64,000 nucleotides of DNA from Phoronis australis (lineage: Eukaryota > Animalia > Phoronida), in the NCBI GenBank assembly GCA_002633005.1, contig NMRA01000629.1, positions 1 through 64,000 on the forward strand, in the 5' to 3' direction. The position numbers and the translations under genes are program-made. Positions within the stretch are counted from its first letter, which is position 1. The number at the start of each line of letters is the position of its first letter. Of the stretch, positions 62,682-64,000 are shown one piece after another. The notes beneath the pieces were generated by a model. The model was given only the letters and a program-made list of their open reading frames with translations, had not been told where the DNA came from and did no database searches.

Positions 62682-62801
62682 CTTCTTCTTCGGGTCTGCC
62701 TTTGCCCGTTCCAACGCCCTGCGCACCCTTTCTTCTTGGTGTAACCTTTGTTGCTCCATTTTCTCTTCTCTCGCCTTCAGTCGTCTTTCTTTCTCTTTCG
62801 T
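62682..62801 (-). CDS. CFAP100: CFAP100/CCDC37-family penultimate exon (TKEKERRLKAREEKMEQQRLHQEERVRRALERAKADPKKK)
   Basis: Acceptor ttgtag, donor GTAGGT, 120 nt, phase 0-0. Coiled-coil KEKERR..REEK..QEER..RALERA motif. Confidence 0.88.
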
Positions 62802-63876
62802 CTACAATTAACAGCTGACCTCAAATATGCTGGGTTTGGCAAGGTATGACCTCGAAGTGGGAAACTTGGACAAAACGGATGCAGCAATCCAAGGAACTTG
62901 AAATCAAAGTGCCTGATAATGGTTGGTTGGGTGCACGGATCGGTATTTGTCTCTCACGTAATGTAGCATGGGGCTTATTTGACTGTGTGGCACCGTCTCC
63001 ATTTCGTAATTCGATTTCGGTGTTGGACTTTGGTGGTTGGTTTGGAATTGTCACGTGGGAGAACGGCAGGTACATATTTTTATTGACTTGGTTACAATTT
63101 GCCAGCGATTGACCTAGTCTTGGGTACCCGATTAAACGACTGATAAGAATTTGTGCTGCTCAGGATTTCTAACTGTCATACTGAATATTTTGAAAGTAGT
63201 GCCTCTAGGCCCTGGGAATAAAAGTTTATTGCTGACGATGACACTCGTATACCTGTCAACAACATTGATCAATGACAGTATCCAAAACTAGGCTGACGAT
63301 AGAACATCGAGATACAAGTAGCTGAGGTTCAGAATTATCACAATGCAAATCTCGAGTTTCCTTTCATACAATGAGTAGGGATTACCGTCAGGTAGAATGC
63401 AATGGCTGTGTAACTCGGAAATATATATATATATATACCTAAACAATACCAAGTGTTGAATAATTTGGATGCAGTTATTTTTCGTCTAATCTTCTTGGTT
63501 ATCGCATACAAATTTGGACAAAATTTGTCAACTTTACAAGATCAAATGTGTCTGAAAATCTAAAAATAACCCGCATAGCTACCGTTACGAATATAAAGAA
63601 CCCACAAGAGAAGAAAATTGACAATACAAAATACCACCATCAAAATTGGCAGGATGCCTCAACGAATCCAACTCAAACCCGGACACAGAATCATGCTCGA
63701 GATCTCACAATGACGTCATGTAAATTCAGTGTATTACACCCGTCCCACATTTTGAGAACTAGCTTTATCCAAACCAGTGAATAACAGTCTTCAAGCTACG
63801 GTTCTCAAAATATGGGACGCGTGCAACTGACTATTTGCCGTTTTAATCACTGAGTAGCGCCGACATTTTCTCCTAC

Positions 63877-63973
63877 CTTTTCTGCGGCCTCCACTTTGTC
63901 CTGAGGCATCATCTCAATCTGTTCAAACAACTCTTCCATACGGTTCTCAATATTTGTCAACATCTGTAACGTA
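63877..63973 (-). CDS. CFAP100: CFAP100/CCDC37-family exon (TLQMLTNIENRMEELFEQIEMMPQDKVEAAEK); gene continues beyond the window
   Basis: Acceptor gtacag, donor GTAGGA, 97 nt, phase 2-0; in frame with the next exon. Confidence 0.88.
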
Positions 63974-64000
63974 CTGTACGCACACAACAGAACAGGGTTA

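Overview
Animal (invertebrate-like) genomic DNA, AT-rich and TE-dense, with one assembly gap (N 16056-16759). About 57 kb is taken by one + strand gene that I reconstructed by hand from 26 coding exons (3518..60097). All introns are GT-AG and all phases are consistent, giving 4719 nt or about 1572 aa. The predicted protein is a MET/RON-family receptor tyrosine kinase with a full plexin-type ectodomain: signal peptide, Sema, PSI1, TIG, PSI2, TIG, PSI3, four IPT, TM, plexin-like juxtamembrane helix, intact MET-type kinase and a short tail. The last three exons of a CFAP100/CCDC37-family ciliary gene converge on it from the - strand (62005..63973). The introns hold nested TEs: two THAP-bearing TTAA (Kolobok-type) families, stacked Helentron-like non-autonomous elements, a Tx1/L1 LINE split by a DNA transposon, a solo LTR, a 5.1-kb TA-flanked TIR element and several MITEs. 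A HERO-type LINE 3' end contains hammerhead ribozyme core motifs in an unusual, non-circularly permuted order. All calls come from manual reading and translation; no database search was run.
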